DNA of 64,000 nt from Phycisphaerae bacterium. GTDB lineage: Bacteria > Planctomycetota > Phycisphaerae > UBA1845. Positions 61,333 to 64,000 of this stretch are shown piece after piece. The translations under genes and the position numbers were made by a program. Under the pieces are notes generated by a model that had not been told where the DNA came from, searched no databases, and saw nothing but the letters and a program-made list of their open reading frames with translations. Location of the stretch: positions 864,001-928,000 of the forward strand of contig CAXXGO010000006.1 of assembly GCA_963666835.2 (NCBI GenBank), read 5' to 3'. Position 1 is the stretch's first letter; each line of letters starts with the position of its first letter.

Positions 61333-62768
61333 GTATCCCTGAATCGGAACAGGAACTCTGTCCCGCTCAGCAAAGAGTCCTGGTCATAGATGACGAGGCC
61401 TTGATTGGTCTGAGTTGCCACCGGGCGCTCACGCCGGAAGGGTACGACGTCGACACGCGGGACGACCCCCAGGTCGGGTTACAGGTAGCGTTATCCGGTG
61501 AGTACGACATCATTCTCGTCGACCTGATGATGCCGGGGATGTCCGGCTTAGAGGTGCTCCGCCGGATCAAGGCTGCCGGGGTTACGTCGGAGGTTGTGAT
61601 AATCACGGGGCACTCCACGGTGGAATCGGCCGTCGAGGCTATGAAAGAGGGGGCGGCCGACTATCTGAGCAAGCCGTTCTCGCCGGCCCAGCTCCGCATC
61701 GTGGTCGAGAAGGTCTCCGAGCGTTCGGCGCTTATGCGCGAAAACGCGGCTCTTCGCCGGGAGCTGGAGATTCACAAGGGGTTTGAGGGCATCATCGGTG
61801 AGAGCCGGTCGATGGAGCGGGTGTTCTCGGTCTGCAAGCGAGTCGCCCCAACCGATAGCACCGTCTTGGTTACCGGAGAGAGCGGCACGGGCAAGGAGAT
61901 GTTCGTTCGGGCGATTCATCATCTCAGCCGTCGCAAGGACGCTCCGCTACTGGCCTGCGACTGCAGCTCGTTGGCTCCGACCCTGCTGGAAAGCGAGTTG
62001 TTCGGCCACGTCAAGGGGTCGTTCTCGGGTGCGGTCGCCACCAAGCAGGGTTTGTTCGAGGCCGCTAATAAGGGCACGCTGTTTCTGGACGAAGTCTCGA
62101 ATCTGAGCATGGAGACGCAGGCGAAGTTGCTGCGGGTTCTGGAGACCCAGAGGGTCCGCAAAGTGGGCGATACCGCGGAGCTTGCAATCAACATTCGGCT
62201 TATCGCGGCCACGAATCGCGACCTCTCGGAGATGGTCAAGGAGGAGTCCTTTCGCGAGGACCTCTATTATCGGCTTAACGTCGTACCGGTGTATCTTCCT
62301 CCGCTTCGGGAACGTCAGGGAGACATTGCCCGTCTGGCAATGACCTTTCTTGACCGATGTCGCAAGATCTCAGGGTCCACCGTGCGGGGATTCACGCCGG
62401 ACGCAATGGCCAAGATGGAAAGCTACCACTGGCCGGGCAACGTTCGTGAACTGAGGAACATTGTGGAGCGTATCAGCGTTCTCTGTGACTCGGAGTCAAT
62501 CGAGCTGTGGCATCTCCCCACCGAGATCCGCCAGGTATCGTCGTTCGCGTCCGTCTCGCAGCTTCCGCATCAGTGGGAGGAGTTCCGCAAGATCAAGCAG
62601 CAAGCGCGGGACGCGGCGGGTCAGGAGTTGGAACGTCGTTTTCTGACCGAGGCGTTGGAGCGTTGTGAAGGCAACGTCAGCAAGGCGGCGAAGGACGTGG
62701 GCATGCAGCGCACCAACTTTCACGCCCTGATGCGCAAGTACGGTTTGAGCGCCGACACCGTCTCCTGA
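61329..62768 (+). CDS. sigma54-dependent response regulator (NtrC family)
   Basis: REC domain; GESGTGKE, ESELFGH.KGSFSGA, LFLDE, WPGNVREL, Fis HTH. Confidence 0.93.
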   Translation: MSIPESEQELCPAQQRVLVIDDEALIGLSCHRALTPEGYDVDTRDDPQVGLQVALSGEYDIILVDLMMPGMSGLEVLRRIKAAGVTSEVVIITGHSTVESAVEAMKEGAADYLSKPFSPAQLRIVVEKVSERSALMRENAALRRELEIHKGFEGIIGESRSMERVFSVCKRVAPTDSTVLVTGESGTGKEMFVRAIHHLSRRKDAPLLACDCSSLAPTLLESELFGHVKGSFSGAVATKQGLFEAANKGTLFLDEVSNLSMETQAKLLRVLETQRVRKVGDTAELAINIRLIAATNRDLSEMVKEESFREDLYYRLNVVPVYLPPLRERQGDIARLAMTFLDRCRKISGSTVRGFTPDAMAKMESYHWPGNVRELRNIVERISVLCDSESIELWHLPTEIRQVSSFASVSQLPHQWEEFRKIKQQARDAAGQELERRFLTEALERCEGNVSKAAKDVGMQRTNFHALMRKYGLSADTVS

Positions 62769-62843
62769 CCCGGATTGCATCTTCCTCATAGACTCCATTC
62801 TCAGCCGGTGGAAGGTCCGCCTAACAAGATCGCGCGCCATACA

Positions 62844-62864
62844 GTGTATGGTCGCGGCATACAC
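62844..62864. promoter_or_regulatory. Palindromic upstream activator site candidate
   Basis: GTGTATG-N7-CATACAC. Confidence 0.45.
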
Positions 62865-62915
62865 ATCTTACGCCGAAGCTAGTCTCGTCAGCACAACCGG
62901 CGATCATCGTTTTGG

Positions 62916-62930
62916 TGGCATGCAAGTCGC
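62916..62930 (+). promoter_or_regulatory. sigma54 -24/-12 promoter candidate
   Basis: TGGCATGCAAGTCGC (GG-N10-GC). Confidence 0.55.
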
Positions 62931-63156
62931 GGTCTACCCGGACGTCGAATGAGTCCGATCGCTGTTTCCAGCTCCTCAGTCGCGATATTACCGGCCTTTA
63001 CCCACGCTTGCCGACGCCGCTTCACGGAGTCGCGGCGGCTGGCCGGCTCCTGCAGCGACGCGGTTATGTCACCTCGAGAGAGAGTTATTTCTTCTGGCAC
63101 GCCCGTTGCTCTAACCATGGTTCGGACGCGGAAGAGAAGCCGTTGAAGGGCAAGCG

Positions 63157-64000
63157 ATGTTCGATAACACAAGACTGCTGGTTGTTGATGATGAAGAGGT
63201 GATCTGCCAGGCTTGTGAGCGCATCTTCCTGCCGCACGGCTTCCGGGTGGAGAGCAGTCGCGATCCGATCGACGGGTTATGCCTGGCCGCGGAGGAAGAC
63301 TTCGCGGCGTTGCTCCTTGACATCAAAATGGCGGCGCTGGACGGGATTCAGTTTCTGGAACAGTTGCGAAAGACGAAGCCGAACCTCCCGGTGATTCTGA
63401 TCACGGGATACCCGAGCATCCAGAGTGCCGCTTCGGCGATGCGGTTGGGGGCGGTGGACTACATTACCAAGCCCTTTGCTCCTGAGCAGATTACCGAAGC
63501 GGTTCGACGAGCGCTGCGGCCCAGTACTCCGGATAACGGAGACGAAAGCCGTTGCGCTTTTACGTCGGGAGTGTTCAAGCAGTGGGTTCCGCAAGCTCAG
63601 GAGTTCCATTTCAAGAACGAATCGTGGTTCCAGCGAGGTGAAGACGGTTCGCTACGGGTCGGAGCATTGTTGACCCGCGATCAGGGCGAGGGGCTTGAAG
63701 GCGTGCGCCTCCCGCAGATCGGCGAGACGGTCTACCAAGGCCTGCCGTACGCGGCGCTGAAGACCGCAAAGAAGCCGCTGCAGGTTATTCCCGCGCCGGC
63801 CTCCGGTGTAGTGGTGGCGGTCAACGAGAGCCTGCTCGCGCGGCCGGAGCTGCTGGCGACGGATCCGTGTAAGAACGGCTGGATCGCCTGCATCTGTCCG
63901 ACGCGGTTGGAGAACGAAGCCACGTGCTGCGAGCGGCGACGGGTAGTGCTGGTTTCGGCGGATTCGGGCTCGGCCGGGGAGCAAACCGAGAAGCTCGCTT
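63157..64000 (+). CDS. Response-regulator receiver fused to a glycine-cleavage-H-like domain; runs off the window (not in ORF track)
   Basis: Manual translation MFDNTRLLVVDDEEVIC...LLDIKM...ITGY...DYITKPF, then SWFQRGEDGSLRVG...IPAPASGVVVAVNESL...DPCKNGWI. Confidence 0.85.
   Translation, partial: MFDNTRLLVVDDEEVICQACERIFLPHGFRVESSRDPIDGLCLAAEEDFAALLLDIKMAALDGIQFLEQLRKTKPNLPVILITGYPSIQSAASAMRLGAVDYITKPFAPEQITEAVRRALRPSTPDNGDESRCAFTSGVFKQWVPQAQEFHFKNESWFQRGEDGSLRVGALLTRDQGEGLEGVRLPQIGETVYQGLPYAALKTAKKPLQVIPAPASGVVVAVNESLLARPELLATDPCKNGWIACICPTRLENEATCCERRRVVLVSADSGSAGEQTEKLA

Overview
This is a GC-rich bacterial chromosomal window, most consistent with Planctomycetota (Phycisphaerae-like). That is inferred from dockerin-like secreted proteins, PEP-CTERM/IPTL-CTERM tails, a prepilin/H-X9-DG protein and abundant REP/MITE-like palindromes. 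Housekeeping content includes tRNA-Glu, polX, rsgA, pyrF, tsaD, tdh-kbl, YhaO/YhaN-like nuclease-ATPase, nfnAB, a UbiB-family kinase and a two-component system, plus two inverted near-identical flagellins. The main result is two genes that the ORF track splits at an in-frame TGA, each followed by a SECIS-like hairpin with a GGUC apex. (1) 22598-25069 is a secreted U-x-x-C thioredoxin/Omp28-like, TSP3, dockerin, nine-heme cytochrome c. It heads a translationally coupled operon with a Tat-exported group 1a-like [NiFe] hydrogenase, its maturation protease and a second heme/dockerin protein. (2) 46865-47626 is a secreted His-rich dockerin protein whose U-P-L-x-H-x-x-I-G motif matches C-P-L-x-H-x-x-I-G in the neighbouring PEP-CTERM protein. 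It lies in a putative Zur-controlled metal-acquisition operon. All family calls are from motif recognition by eye; no searches were run.
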